Shown here: positions 30,682-40,496 of the stretch, in pieces | Layout of the letters: the number at the start of each line of letters is the position of its first letter | Numbering within the stretch: the first letter of the stretch is position 1 | Assembly: GCF_024223415.1 (NCBI RefSeq) | Contig: NZ_CP100500.1 | Strand: one strand, 5' to 3' | Length of the DNA: 64,000 bases | Origin: Escherichia coli | GTDB lineage: Bacteria > Pseudomonadota > Gammaproteobacteria > Enterobacterales > Enterobacteriaceae | Position numbers and translations under genes: made by a program | Notes under the pieces: generated by a model | The model's input: only the letters and a program-made list of their open reading frames with translations | Told to the model about the DNA's origin: nothing | Databases searched by the model: none

Positions 30682-32301
30682 ATGGCCAAAGCACCAACTA
30701 AAAAAGCCAAAGCAAAGAAAGGCTTTGAAGAAACATTATGGGATACTGCAAACCAACTTCGCGGTAGCGTTGAGTCCTCCGAATACAAGCACGTGGTGTT
30801 AAGCCTCGTGTTCCTGAAATTCATCAGCGATAAGTTTGAAGCACGCCGCAAAAAAATGATTGCCGATGGGCAAGCTGACTTCCTTGAGATGGAAGTGTTC
30901 TACCAGCAGGACAACATTTTCTACCTGCCGGAAGAGGCGCGCTGGTCATTTATCAAACAAAATGCCAAACAGGACGATATTGCGGTTCGTATTGACACCG
31001 CCCTCTCGACCATTGAGAAACGTAACCCAACCCTGAAAGGCGCGCTGCCAGACAACTACTTCAGCCGTCAGAATCTGGAAACCAAAAAACTGGCGTCACT
31101 GATTGATACCATCGACAACGTCGAAACGCTGGCACACGAAACTGACGTTGAAACGTTGTCGAAAGAAGACCTGGTCGGACGCGTTTACGAATACTTCCTC
31201 GGTAAGTTTGCCGCAACCGAAGGCAAAGGCGGTGGTGAGTTCTACACGCCCAAATGTGTGGTTACGCTGTTAACTGAAATGCTCGAACCTTTCCAGGGCA
31301 AAATCTATGACCCATGCTGCGGCTCGGCGGGGATGTTCGTGCAGTCGGTGAAGTTTGTCGAGAGCCATCAGGGTAAAAGTCGTGATATCGCGCTGTATGG
31401 TCAGGAACTGACAGCCACGACGTATAAACTGGCAAAAATGAACCTCGCCATTCGCGGCCTTTCAGCAAACCTCGGCGAACGCCCGGCAGACACTTTCTTT
31501 AGCGACCAGCACCCGGACCTGAAAGCCGACTACATTCTGGCGAACCCGCCGTTCAACCTGAAAGACTGGCGTAATGAAGCCGAATTAACCAAAGATCCAC
31601 GTTTTGCTGGTTATCGTATGCCGCCAACCGGTAACGCCAACTACGGCTGGATTTTGCATATGCTCTCCAAGCTGTCGGCTAACGGCACAGCAGGTTTTGT
31701 GCTGGCAAACGGTTCGATGAGTTCTAACACCAGCGGTGAAGGCGAGATCCGTGCGCAGATGATCGAAAATGATCTGATCGACTGCATGATCGCCCTACCT
31801 GGTCAGTTGTTTTACACCACGCAGATCCCGGTGTGTTTATGGTTTATGACCAAATCGAAGGCTGCCGACCCGGCCAAAGGTTATCGTGATCGTCAGGGCG
31901 AGACGCTGTTTATTGATGCGCGTAACCTCGGCACCATGATTAGCCGCACAACTAAAGAGTTAACGGCGGAAGATATTGCCACCATCGCCGATACCTACCA
32001 TGCATGGCGCAGTACGCCGGAAGAACTGGCTGCACGGATTGCGCGTGGTGACAGCAAGCTGGAAAAATATGAAGACCAGGCAGGCTTCAGCAAAGTTGCG
32101 ACCCTGCAAGATATTAAAGATAACGACTACGTGCTGACGCCGGGCCGCTATGTGGGTGCAGCCGAGCAGGAAGAGGACGGCGTGGCATTTGAGACAAAAA
32201 TGCGGGAGTTGTCGAAGACGTTGTTTGAGCAGATGAAGCAGGCGGAAGAACTGGATTGTGCGATTCGCCAGAATCTGGAGGCGCTGGGTTATGGGGAGTA
32301 A
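30682..32301 (+). CDS. hsdM: Type I R-M N6-adenine DNA methyltransferase subunit
   Basis: 539-aa ORF with SAM-binding motif I (DPCCGSAGMF) and catalytic NPPF (ILANPPFNL); N-terminus unlike EcoKI HsdM. Confidence 0.9.
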   Translation: MAKAPTKKAKAKKGFEETLWDTANQLRGSVESSEYKHVVLSLVFLKFISDKFEARRKKMIADGQADFLEMEVFYQQDNIFYLPEEARWSFIKQNAKQDDIAVRIDTALSTIEKRNPTLKGALPDNYFSRQNLETKKLASLIDTIDNVETLAHETDVETLSKEDLVGRVYEYFLGKFAATEGKGGGEFYTPKCVVTLLTEMLEPFQGKIYDPCCGSAGMFVQSVKFVESHQGKSRDIALYGQELTATTYKLAKMNLAIRGLSANLGERPADTFFSDQHPDLKADYILANPPFNLKDWRNEAELTKDPRFAGYRMPPTGNANYGWILHMLSKLSANGTAGFVLANGSMSSNTSGEGEIRAQMIENDLIDCMIALPGQLFYTTQIPVCLWFMTKSKAADPAKGYRDRQGETLFIDARNLGTMISRTTKELTAEDIATIADTYHAWRSTPEELAARIARGDSKLEKYEDQAGFSKVATLQDIKDNDYVLTPGRYVGAAEQEEDGVAFETKMRELSKTLFEQMKQAEELDCAIRQNLEALGYGE

Positions 32302-33604
32302 TGCTATTACAACAATAATTGGTGAACACTTGCTGATTAGAAATGGCAAATCTTCGCCATCAAGAGCCATAACAGGAGAATATCCTGTTTATGGTTCAAA
32401 TGGAATAATAGGTTATTCAGATGAATATAACGCTAATGAAAATACAATAATTATCGGGCGTGTTGGGTCATATTGTGGTTCAGTTTATATTTCCGATAAA
32501 AAATGTTGGGTCACTGATAATGCAATAATTGGAACCGCAAAGAATGAAAATGAAAGTCATTTTTGGTTCTATCTTTTAAAAAAAATAGATTTGAACAATT
32601 ATAGTACTGGTTCAGGCCAACCTCTCATTAACCAAACAATAATTAATACAATATCCGTTACCATTCCTAAGCTCAGTGAGAAAAGAGTAGCCATTGGACA
32701 TTTTTTACGCCACTTTGATCAAAAGATAAATTTATCTCTTAATATCAATCAATCCTTGGAACAAATGTCCCAAACCTTGTTCAAATCCTGGTTTGTGGAT
32801 TTCGATCCGGTGATTGATAACGCGCTGGACGCGGGAAACCCAATCCCGGAAGCGATGCAATCTCGCGCAGAACTGCGTCAAAAAGTACGTAATAGTGCAG
32901 ATTTTAAACCGCTTCTAGCGGAAATCCGCTCGCTTTTCCCAAGTGAATTTGAAGAAACCGAACCAGGATGGTTACCTAAGGGCTGGAAACATGGTAATTT
33001 AAATGATGTCACGAAGATCTTAAGTGGGTTTGCTTTTAAGAGTAAAGACTTTGGTGATGAAGGTAAAAGTGTCATAAAAATAAAGAACATTAATATCGAT
33101 AAAACAATTGATATAGATCATACTCAAAAAATTTCTGATATCGTAGCCAAAGACGTAAAGCGTTTTCAATTATTTGATGCCGATATTTTGATGGCTATGA
33201 CTGGTGCCACGGTCGGTAAATTTGGAATATTAGCATCAAAAAATCATGAAGAATATTATCTTAACCAACGAGTTGCGAAGTTTGAAACAGATAAAAAAGC
33301 TTACCTTTATTGTATATTGAATCAAGAAAGTACCGAAAGATTTATAATCAATACAGCTCAGGGCAGTGCACAACCAAATATCAGTGCTAAAGATATTTTA
33401 AGTATTCCACTCACACTACCATCAAACGAAATAATAACTATATTCAATACATTTGTTGATCCTTTATTCTACAGAATGATAGCGAATACAAAAGTTAGTT
33501 TAAGTCTAACAGAACTCCGCGACACCTTGCTCCCAAAACTCATCTCCGGCGAGCTCTCCCTGGAAGATCTTCCGGATCTCAGCACCAATACAGAAGCCGC
33601 ATAA
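32291..33604 (+). CDS. hsdS: Type I R-M specificity subunit
   Basis: Two AT-rich variable target-recognition regions separated by a conserved central region (SLEQMSQTLFKSWFVDFDP) plus conserved C-terminal helix (LTELRDTLLPKLISGEL); ATG at 32291 overlaps the hsdM 3' end. Confidence 0.85.
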   Translation: MGSNAITTIIGEHLLIRNGKSSPSRAITGEYPVYGSNGIIGYSDEYNANENTIIIGRVGSYCGSVYISDKKCWVTDNAIIGTAKNENESHFWFYLLKKIDLNNYSTGSGQPLINQTIINTISVTIPKLSEKRVAIGHFLRHFDQKINLSLNINQSLEQMSQTLFKSWFVDFDPVIDNALDAGNPIPEAMQSRAELRQKVRNSADFKPLLAEIRSLFPSEFEETEPGWLPKGWKHGNLNDVTKILSGFAFKSKDFGDEGKSVIKIKNINIDKTIDIDHTQKISDIVAKDVKRFQLFDADILMAMTGATVGKFGILASKNHEEYYLNQRVAKFETDKKAYLYCILNQESTERFIINTAQGSAQPNISAKDILSIPLTLPSNEIITIFNTFVDPLFYRMIANTKVSLSLTELRDTLLPKLISGELSLEDLPDLSTNTEAA

Positions 33605-33612
33605 CGCATTTT

Positions 33613-33637
33613 GCCCCTGTAAAATCAGGGGCTTTCT
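33613..33637 (+). terminator. Hairpin with T-run between hsdS and hsdR (possible attenuator)
   Basis: gcccctg-taaaat-caggggc followed by tttct, 9 bp after the hsdS stop and about 60 bp before the hsdR ATG. Confidence 0.45.
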
Positions 33638-33698
33638 GGTAAGGTTTTCTACTGATACGGGAATGCTTACCAGAAATTAGCCAGGGTTGGAGCGCGAT

Positions 33699-36600
33699 AT
33701 GAGTCTCTCTTTCAGTGAAGCAAAATTAGAACAAGCGATCATTGAACTGCTGCAGGATCAGGGATATCAACACCTGATCGGCGATAATGTCCCACGTTCA
33801 AGTCTCGATCAGGTCATCATCGAAGACGATCTCCGTCATTATTTAGCGGCACGCTACCAGCCTGATGGCATTACTGAAGAAGAGATTCAACGGCTGATCA
33901 AACAGTTCACCACGCTTCCGGCCTCCGACCTTTATGAAAGCAACAAAACATTTTGTCGCTGGCTGGCAAATGGTTTTCTGTTCAAACGCGACGATCGGCA
34001 ACAAAAAGATCTCTATATTGAATTGCTCGACACCCGGCATCTACCCGCCGCACTGCGCCAGATATTTGACACCGACGATGTCCCGTTGCAACAGGCGGCG
34101 GAACTCCCGCCTTCCTATATTAATCCGCCGCTTAACCGGATTAAGATTGTTAACCAGCTTAAAATCTCCGGTAAAGATAATCAGACTCGTATTCCTGACG
34201 GCATTCTCTATATCAACGGTCTGCCACTGGTCGTCTTTGAATTTAAAAGTGCGGTGCGCGAGCAAGAAGCCAGTATTGGCGATGCCTGGAAGCAGCTCTG
34301 TAAACGCTATCGCCGGGATATTCCGCAACTGTTTATCTACAACGCGCTCTGCGTTATCAGCGATGGCGTAAATAACCGGATGGGCAACCTGTTTGCGCCC
34401 TATGAATACTTTTACTCATGGCGCAAAGTCACCGGTAATGAAAACCGTGAACAGGACGGAATTCCATCATTGCACTCAATGATTCAGGGGCTGTTTCATC
34501 CGGTACGTCTGCTGGACGTGATTAAAAACTTTATCTGCTTCCCGGATAAAGCCAAGCACGAAGTAAAAATTTGCTGCCGATATCCGCAGTACTATGCCGC
34601 CCGCAAACTCTATTACAGCATCAAGCAAGCGCGTAAACCTTTCGGTAGCGGTAAAGGCGGCACCTACTTTGGCGCAACGGGCTGTGGCAAAAGTTACACC
34701 ATGCAATTTTTAACGCGTCTTTTGATGAAGAGCGTGGAGTTTGCCAGCCCGACCATTGTTTTGATCACCGACCGCACCGATCTGGACGATCAGCTTTCTG
34801 CGCAAATGTGCAACGCCAAAAATTACATTGGCGACGACACCATCGTTCCTGTTACCAGCCGTGAAGATTTGCGTAATCAACTGGCGGGACGCAATAGTGG
34901 CGGTGTATTCCTGACAACGATCCATAAATTCACCGAAGACACCGAACTCCTTTCTGAACGCAGCAATATCATTTGCATCTCGGACGAAGCACATCGCAGC
35001 CAGGTTAACCTCGACCAGAAAGTCATCGTCGATAAAGAAAGCGGAAAAGTGCGCAAAACTTATGGCTTTGCGAAATACCTGCACGATTCACTGCCAAACG
35101 CCACCTATGTTGGCTTTACCGGCACACCGATTGACGCGACGCTCGATGTCTTCGGTGAGGTGATCGACAGTTACACCATGACCGAATCCGTTCAGGATGA
35201 AATCACTGTACGCATCGTGTACGAAGGCCGTGCGGCTAAAGTGATCCTGGACTCCAGTAAACTGGAAGAAGTTGAAAAGTATTACGAAGAGTGCGCAAAC
35301 GCAGGCACCAATGAGTGGCAAATCGACGAAAGCAAAAAAGCCACCGCAACCATGAATGCGGTACTGGGTGATGAAGATCGGTTAAAAGCCCTCGCGGAAG
35401 ATTTTGCCAAACATTATGAAAAACGCGTAGACGAAGGTTCCACCGTAAAAGGCAAAGCCATGTTTGTTTGTGCCAGCCGTGAAATTGCCTGGGATTTCTA
35501 CCGTCAGCTTAAAGCTATTCGCCCTGCCTGGTTTGAAGTGAAGCAAGCACCCGATGGCGTCGTCCTGACGGAACAGGAGCAGAAAGAGTTACCGCCTTCA
35601 GAAATGGTGAAGATGGTCATGACGCGCGGTAAAGATGACGACGAGGCGCTTTATGATTTACTGGGCACAAAAGAATATCGTAAAGAGCTGGATAAACAGT
35701 TTAAAAACGCTAAATCGAATTTCAAAATTGCCATTGTTGTTGATATGTGGCTGACCGGTTTCGACGTCCCGGAACTGGATACCATCTATATTGATAAACC
35801 CTTACAAAAACATAATCTTATCCAGACCATTTCTCGCGTTAACCGTAAACTGGAAGGCAAAAGTAAAGGGTTAGTGGTGGACTACATCGGCATTAAAAGT
35901 CAGATGAACCAGGCACTGGCAATGTATTCCCGCATTGATGCCACCAACTTTGAAGATATTCAGCAATCGGTAATAGAAGTTAAAAACCATCTCGATTTGT
36001 TGGGGCAAGTCTTTTACGAATTTGACAGTCGGGATTATTTTAGTGGTGAGCCACAAGCGCAATTATCCTGCCTCAACCGCGCGGCGGAATTTGTTCTGCG
36101 TACCCAGAAAGTTGAACGTCGTTTTATGGGACTGGTTAAACGCATGAAAGCCGCCTACGACGTCTGCTGCGGCAGCGAAGCATTATCACAGACAGAACGT
36201 GACTATATTCACTATTATCTTGCTGTTCGTTCAATTGTTTTCAAACTGACGAAAGGTGACGCACCGGATGTCACCCAGATGAATGCACGCGTTCGTGAAA
36301 TGATTGCAGAAGCGTTAAAAGCTGATGGCGTAGAAGAGATTTATTTTCTTGGCGATAAAAAAGCGGAATCCATCGATATTTTTGACGAAGATTATCTGGC
36401 ACGAATTAACAAGATCAAACTTCCGGCAACGAAGATCCAGTTATTACAAAAATTACTGGAAAAAGCGATCAGCGACTTCAAGAAAGTGAACCAGTTGCAA
36501 GGGATTAACTTCACCCGCCGCTTCCAGGCAATTATAGATCGTTATAATGAGCGGCGAGAAGATGATGTACTCAACGGTGAAGAATTCGATACATTCAGTC

Positions 36601-36962
36601 AGGAAATGACCGATATTATCTATGATATTAAAACCGAAATGGGCACCTGGGCCGATTTAGGCATTGATATTGAAGAAAAAGCGTTTTTCGACATTCTTGC
36701 TCATATGCGCGATAAATATCAGTTCACCTATGACGATGAAAAAATGCTGTCACTGGCAAAAGAGATGAAAAGCGTGGTTGACAACACATCGAAATATCCT
36801 GACTGGAGTAAACGTGATGATATTAAAGCGAAACTGAAAGTTGAACTTATTCTGCTTCTACACAAGCATAAGTTCCCGCCAGTAGCGAATGATGATGTTT
36901 ATATGGGTGTGCTGGCACAGGCAGAGAATTTTAAAGAACACCATATGAGTGCTTTAAATTAA
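33699..36962 (+). CDS. hsdR: Type I R-M restriction subunit (nuclease/helicase)
   Basis: N-terminal PD-(D/E)xK (…LPLVVFEFKS), Walker A (GATGCGKS), DEAH box (ISDEAHRSQ); ATG 33699 preceded by ggag. Confidence 0.9.
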   Translation: MSLSFSEAKLEQAIIELLQDQGYQHLIGDNVPRSSLDQVIIEDDLRHYLAARYQPDGITEEEIQRLIKQFTTLPASDLYESNKTFCRWLANGFLFKRDDRQQKDLYIELLDTRHLPAALRQIFDTDDVPLQQAAELPPSYINPPLNRIKIVNQLKISGKDNQTRIPDGILYINGLPLVVFEFKSAVREQEASIGDAWKQLCKRYRRDIPQLFIYNALCVISDGVNNRMGNLFAPYEYFYSWRKVTGNENREQDGIPSLHSMIQGLFHPVRLLDVIKNFICFPDKAKHEVKICCRYPQYYAARKLYYSIKQARKPFGSGKGGTYFGATGCGKSYTMQFLTRLLMKSVEFASPTIVLITDRTDLDDQLSAQMCNAKNYIGDDTIVPVTSREDLRNQLAGRNSGGVFLTTIHKFTEDTELLSERSNIICISDEAHRSQVNLDQKVIVDKESGKVRKTYGFAKYLHDSLPNATYVGFTGTPIDATLDVFGEVIDSYTMTESVQDEITVRIVYEGRAAKVILDSSKLEEVEKYYEECANAGTNEWQIDESKKATATMNAVLGDEDRLKALAEDFAKHYEKRVDEGSTVKGKAMFVCASREIAWDFYRQLKAIRPAWFEVKQAPDGVVLTEQEQKELPPSEMVKMVMTRGKDDDEALYDLLGTKEYRKELDKQFKNAKSNFKIAIVVDMWLTGFDVPELDTIYIDKPLQKHNLIQTISRVNRKLEGKSKGLVVDYIGIKSQMNQALAMYSRIDATNFEDIQQSVIEVKNHLDLLGQVFYEFDSRDYFSGEPQAQLSCLNRAAEFVLRTQKVERRFMGLVKRMKAAYDVCCGSEALSQTERDYIHYYLAVRSIVFKLTKGDAPDVTQMNARVREMIAEALKADGVEEIYFLGDKKAESIDIFDEDYLARINKIKLPATKIQLLQKLLEKAISDFKKVNQLQGINFTRRFQAIIDRYNERREDDVLNGEEFDTFSQEMTDIIYDIKTEMGTWADLGIDIEEKAFFDILAHMRDKYQFTYDDEKMLSLAKEMKSVVDNTSKYPDWSKRDDIKAKLKVELILLLHKHKFPPVANDDVYMGVLAQAENFKEHHMSALN

Positions 36963-36969
36963 TTATGAA

Positions 36970-37000
36970 GGCCGGATACACTTTGTTATCCGGCCATTCT
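36970..37000 (+). terminator. Hairpin after hsdR
   Basis: ggccggata-cactttgt-tatccggcc followed by attct; weak T-tract. Confidence 0.45.
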
Positions 37001-37082
37001 GAATTAACGTTAATTTCTCTTCCAGATCTTTCCAGTAACGCTTTTATTATTTTCTATTTTTAGCTGGACTATCCCTGTATTT

Positions 37083-37098
37083 ACTGATGATATATCCA
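37083..37098. promoter_or_regulatory. LexA (SOS) box upstream of symE
   Basis: CTGATGATATATCCAG fits CTG-N10-CAG with an AT-rich centre, about 80 bp upstream of the symE ATG. Confidence 0.6.
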
Positions 37099-37104
37099 GG
37101 TATT

Positions 37105-37183
37105 TAGCGCGGTGCGGATGTGCGCCAACACACCCGCACCGCTCATCACAATCACTATTTTCAAGGAATAGCAGTTATGACTG
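37105..37183 (-). ncRNA. symR: SymR antisense sRNA (approximate coordinates)
   Basis: Placed by analogy with the K-12 symE/SymR type I TA arrangement, where a ~77-nt antisense RNA overlaps the symE RBS and start codon; boundaries not determined from sequence. Confidence 0.35.
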
Positions 37184-37515
37184 ACACGCATTCTATTGCA
37201 CAACCGTTCGAAGCAGAAGTCTCCCCGGCAAATAACCGCCAATTAACCGTGAGTTATGCGAGTCGCTACCCGGATTACAGCCGTATTCCCGCCATCACTC
37301 TGAAAGGTCAGTGGCTGGAAGCCGCCGGTTTTGCTACCGGCACGGCGGTAGATGTCAAAGTGATGGACGGCTGTATTGTCCTCACCGCCCAACCACCCGC
37401 CGCCGAAGAGAGCGAACTGATGCAGTCGCTACGCCAGGTGTGCAAACTGTCGGCACGTAAACAAAAGCAGGTGCAGGAGTTTATTGGGGTGATTAGTAGC
37501 AAAACGCCACGCTAA
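37177..37515 (+). CDS. symE: SOS-induced toxin SymE (AbrB-fold)
   Basis: [55 protein letters not shown]...; start at internal ATG 37177 with RBS aagga. Confidence 0.85.
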   Translation: MTDTHSIAQPFEAEVSPANNRQLTVSYASRYPDYSRIPAITLKGQWLEAAGFATGTAVDVKVMDGCIVLTAQPPAAEESELMQSLRQVCKLSARKQKQVQEFIGVISSKTPR

Positions 37516-37557
37516 GTTTCTCTCCCCTTCCCCATACGTGAAGGGGAATTGCCCCCA

Positions 37558-37722
37558 TCACTCCACATCCTCCTTGCGTAACCCAATATCCCTCAACCGT
37601 TCATCACTCATTTGCTGTAACACTCGTCGGGTCTGCATTTGTCGCCGCCAACGCCTCACCGCCTGCCAGAGTTGCACAAGTCTGATAAACGGCGTTTTGG
37701 CTTTGTTTTCGTGAAATTCCAT
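37558..37722 (-). CDS. yjiS: DUF1127 small protein YjiS (54 aa)
   Basis: Hand translation of the minus strand: MEFHENKAKTPFIRLVQLWQAVRRWRRQMQTRRVLQQMSDERLRDIGLRKEDVE with RBS gaggagg; below the 60-aa cutoff so absent from the ORF track. Confidence 0.8.
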   Translation of the reverse strand: MEFHENKAKTPFIRLVQLWQAVRRWRRQMQTRRVLQQMSDERLRDIGLRKEDVE

Positions 37723-37898
37723 CTGCTGCCTCCTCATCTTTCAGAGGCTTCATCATCCGCCTTCTGGCAGTTCACAATACAGATGCAAATATTAGTTTTA
37801 TTTAACATACAGACAGGTTAAAACAGCATCTGCATCCGGTTTTTTAGCCTCATCTGTACCGGTTTTTCTCTCTGTATGGTCTAAATAAGGAATACAGC

Positions 37899-39311
37899 AT
37901 GACGCGTTATCAACATCTGGCAACTCTGCTTGCCGAGCGGATTGAGCAAGGGCTGTATCGTCACGGGGAGAAATTGCCGTCGGTGCGCAGCTTAAGTCAG
38001 GAGCACGGCGTCAGCATCAGCACCGTGCAGCAGGCGTATCAGACGCTGGAGACGATGAAGCTCATCACTCCGCAGCCGCGTTCGGGGTATTTTGTCGCAC
38101 AACGTAAAGCCCAGCCGCCAGTGCCGCCGATGACGCGTCCGGTGCAGCGCCCGGTGGAAATTACCCAGTGGGATCAGGTACTGGATATGCTGGAGGCGCA
38201 TAGCGACAGTTCCATTGTTCCGTTAAGCAAAAGCACGCCGGATGTCGAAACGCCCAGCCTGAAACCACTCTGGCGGGAGCTAAGCCGGGTGGTACAGCAT
38301 AATCTGCAAACCGTTCTCGGTTATGACTTGCTAGCCGGTCAGCGGGTATTGCGCGAGCAGGTTGCCCGCCTGATGCTCGACAGCGGCTCGGTGGTCACCG
38401 CCGATGACATCATTATCACCAGCGGCTGCCATAACTCGATGTCGCTGGCGTTAATGGCGGTGTGTAAACCGGGCGATATTGTCGCGGTCGAATCCCCCTG
38501 TTATTACGGTTCGATGCAGATGCTGCGCGGCATGGGTGTGAAAGTGATTGAAATCCCAACCGATCCAGAAACTGGCATCAGCGTTGAAGCGCTGGAACTG
38601 GCGCTGGAACAGTGGCCGATTAAAGGCATCATTCTGGTGCCAAACTGTAATAATCCGCTGGGATTTATTATGCCGGACGCGCGCAAACGGGCCGTTCTCT
38701 CTCTCGCTCAGCGTCATGATATTGTGATTTTTGAAGATGATGTCTACGGCGAACTGGCAACGGAGTATCCGCGCCCGCGGACCATTCATTCCTGGGATAT
38801 CGACGGGCGAGTGCTGTTGTGCAGCTCGTTCAGTAAAAGTATTGCTCCAGGCCTGCGGGTGGGTTGGGTCGCACCGGGGCGCTATCACGATAAACTGCTG
38901 CATATGAAATACGCCATCAGCAGCTTTAATGTACCGTCCACGCAAATGGCGGCGGCAACGTTTGTGCTGGAAGGTCACTATCATCGCCATATCCGGCGGA
39001 TGCGGCAGATCTATCAGCGCAATTTGGCGCTTTATACCTGCTGGATACGGGAATATTTTCCCTGCGAAATCTGTATTACGCGCCCGAAAGGCGGATTTTT
39101 ACTGTGGATCGAATTGCCTGAACAGGTCGATATGGTCTGCGTCGCGCGGCAGCTATACCGCATGAAAATCCAGGTGGCGGCAGGCTCGATTTTCTCGGCT
39201 TCCGGCAAATACCGTAATTGTCTACGTATCAACTGCGCTTTGCCGCTCAACGAAACCTATCGCGAAGCACTGAAGCAAATTGGCGAGGCCGTGTATCGGG
39301 CAATGGAATAA
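37899..39311 (+). CDS. yjiR: MocR-family regulator (GntR HTH fused to aminotransferase-like domain)
   Basis: 470-aa ORF with N-terminal GntR wHTH (LPSVRSLSQEHGVSISTVQQAY) and PLP-fold domain (SFSKSIAPGLRVG). Confidence 0.85.
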   Translation: MTRYQHLATLLAERIEQGLYRHGEKLPSVRSLSQEHGVSISTVQQAYQTLETMKLITPQPRSGYFVAQRKAQPPVPPMTRPVQRPVEITQWDQVLDMLEAHSDSSIVPLSKSTPDVETPSLKPLWRELSRVVQHNLQTVLGYDLLAGQRVLREQVARLMLDSGSVVTADDIIITSGCHNSMSLALMAVCKPGDIVAVESPCYYGSMQMLRGMGVKVIEIPTDPETGISVEALELALEQWPIKGIILVPNCNNPLGFIMPDARKRAVLSLAQRHDIVIFEDDVYGELATEYPRPRTIHSWDIDGRVLLCSSFSKSIAPGLRVGWVAPGRYHDKLLHMKYAISSFNVPSTQMAAATFVLEGHYHRHIRRMRQIYQRNLALYTCWIREYFPCEICITRPKGGFLLWIELPEQVDMVCVARQLYRMKIQVAAGSIFSASGKYRNCLRINCALPLNETYREALKQIGEAVYRAME

Positions 39312-39427
39312 ATTCGAATTAGTGGCGAAGCACCTGATTTATTCTCACGAATCGCCTGTGACTCGTTTTATCTTTGCAGGATCATAGCCACGTTCCGGCA
39401 TGGCTTAGTAAAGTGCGCTTCGTTCAT

Positions 39428-39530
39428 GCCGGATGCGGCGTGAACGCCTTATCCGGCTTACAAATCGCGCAAATTCAATAGATTGCAGAGGTAATGTAGG
39501 TCTGATAAGCGTAGCACATCAGGCAGCTTT
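39428..39530. repeat. REP pair between yjiR and rpnD
   Basis: gccggatgcggcgtgaacgccttatccggcttac plus an inverted degenerate copy gtaggtctgataagcgtagcacatcaggcagc. Confidence 0.8.
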
Positions 39531-39551
39531 GCGTTTGTCATCAGTCTCTGA

Positions 39552-40496
39552 TTAGTACTCGATCCATGGATCGCGCTTGCTTTCAGGCAAGGGTTGCTCT
39601 AATGCCTGCATTTGCTCTGCCGAAAGTCCAGTATATCGTTGTATCCATTCAGGATCCGCACCGTTCTGCAAAAGCAATCTAAGGAGGCGTTGTTCCCCTT
39701 CTTCTTTCCCCTTTTCCATCCCTAACAGCCATCCATCATTATGAATTCGCTCTGCAATCGTCATTATTCGCTCCCTGTGTTGTGGCATTCGACTGGTTAG
39801 TTCGCTGATAAACTCTTTAAAACTCGCTTCATCGCCAGCCAGTAAAATGTAATTTAACAGCGCGGTTATCTGGCTGTCATTAGCGCACCCTGTAACCAGT
39901 AATACTGCCAGTTGATCAATAAGCCCCATTAGATCGCGCTGGCGAATATGCTTTTGGATCAACTCCAACAGGGCGACTCTGCGGTGCTGCACAATCTCGT
40001 CGTCTGGCACGACAGTGATATCCACCAGCGGGAACGCGGCATTATAAAGTTTCCGTGCGGTAGTCGGGTCGGCAAATTCGTCCAGCCAGCACAGGGACCA
40101 GGGGTAAGGACTACGGCTACCGTGATAAAACAGCATCGGGATGACCAGCGGTAGCTGCCGGCGTTTATCATGCTCGATATGGCGCTGCATCACCGCCATG
40201 GAATAGCGCATCAGGCGAAAGGCCATATGAATATCCTCACGGCTCTGATGTTCAATCACCACATAAATATAGCCATCGCCTTCGCGGGTCTTTACCGACC
40301 ACAGAATATCGGAATGTAGCGCCCGCAATTTTTCATCGACAAAGCTGGCGGATTCCAGTTTTAAGCTGTCGAGATCGCACAGTTCCCGTAAATCTTTAGG
40401 TAAGTGGATCTCCATAAAATCCCGCGCGGTGTCAGGGTGCATGAGAAAGGATTTAAATAATGCGTCATGCGGCGTGCTGGTCGTGAAGTTTGTCAT
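39552..40496 (-). CDS. rpnD: Rpn-family recombination-promoting nuclease (YhgA-like)
   Basis: 314-aa ORF with N-terminal HDALFKSF... and VVIEHQS PD-(D/E)xK-like core typical of Rpn/YhgA; intact reading frame. Confidence 0.75.
   Translation of the reverse strand: MTNFTTSTPHDALFKSFLMHPDTARDFMEIHLPKDLRELCDLDSLKLESASFVDEKLRALHSDILWSVKTREGDGYIYVVIEHQSREDIHMAFRLMRYSMAVMQRHIEHDKRRQLPLVIPMLFYHGSRSPYPWSLCWLDEFADPTTARKLYNAAFPLVDITVVPDDEIVQHRRVALLELIQKHIRQRDLMGLIDQLAVLLVTGCANDSQITALLNYILLAGDEASFKEFISELTSRMPQHRERIMTIAERIHNDGWLLGMEKGKEEGEQRLLRLLLQNGADPEWIQRYTGLSAEQMQALEQPLPESKRDPWIEY

Noticed and set aside
32258-32290. Upstream extension of hsdS (track start at 32258)
   Set aside because: It would overlap hsdM by 44 nt with no RBS; the ATG at 32291 gives the usual short hsdM/hsdS overlap.
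37639-37821. 60-aa plus-strand ORF after symE
   Set aside because: The opposite strand carries a well-supported DUF1127 gene (yjiS) with a strong RBS; the plus-strand ORF has none.
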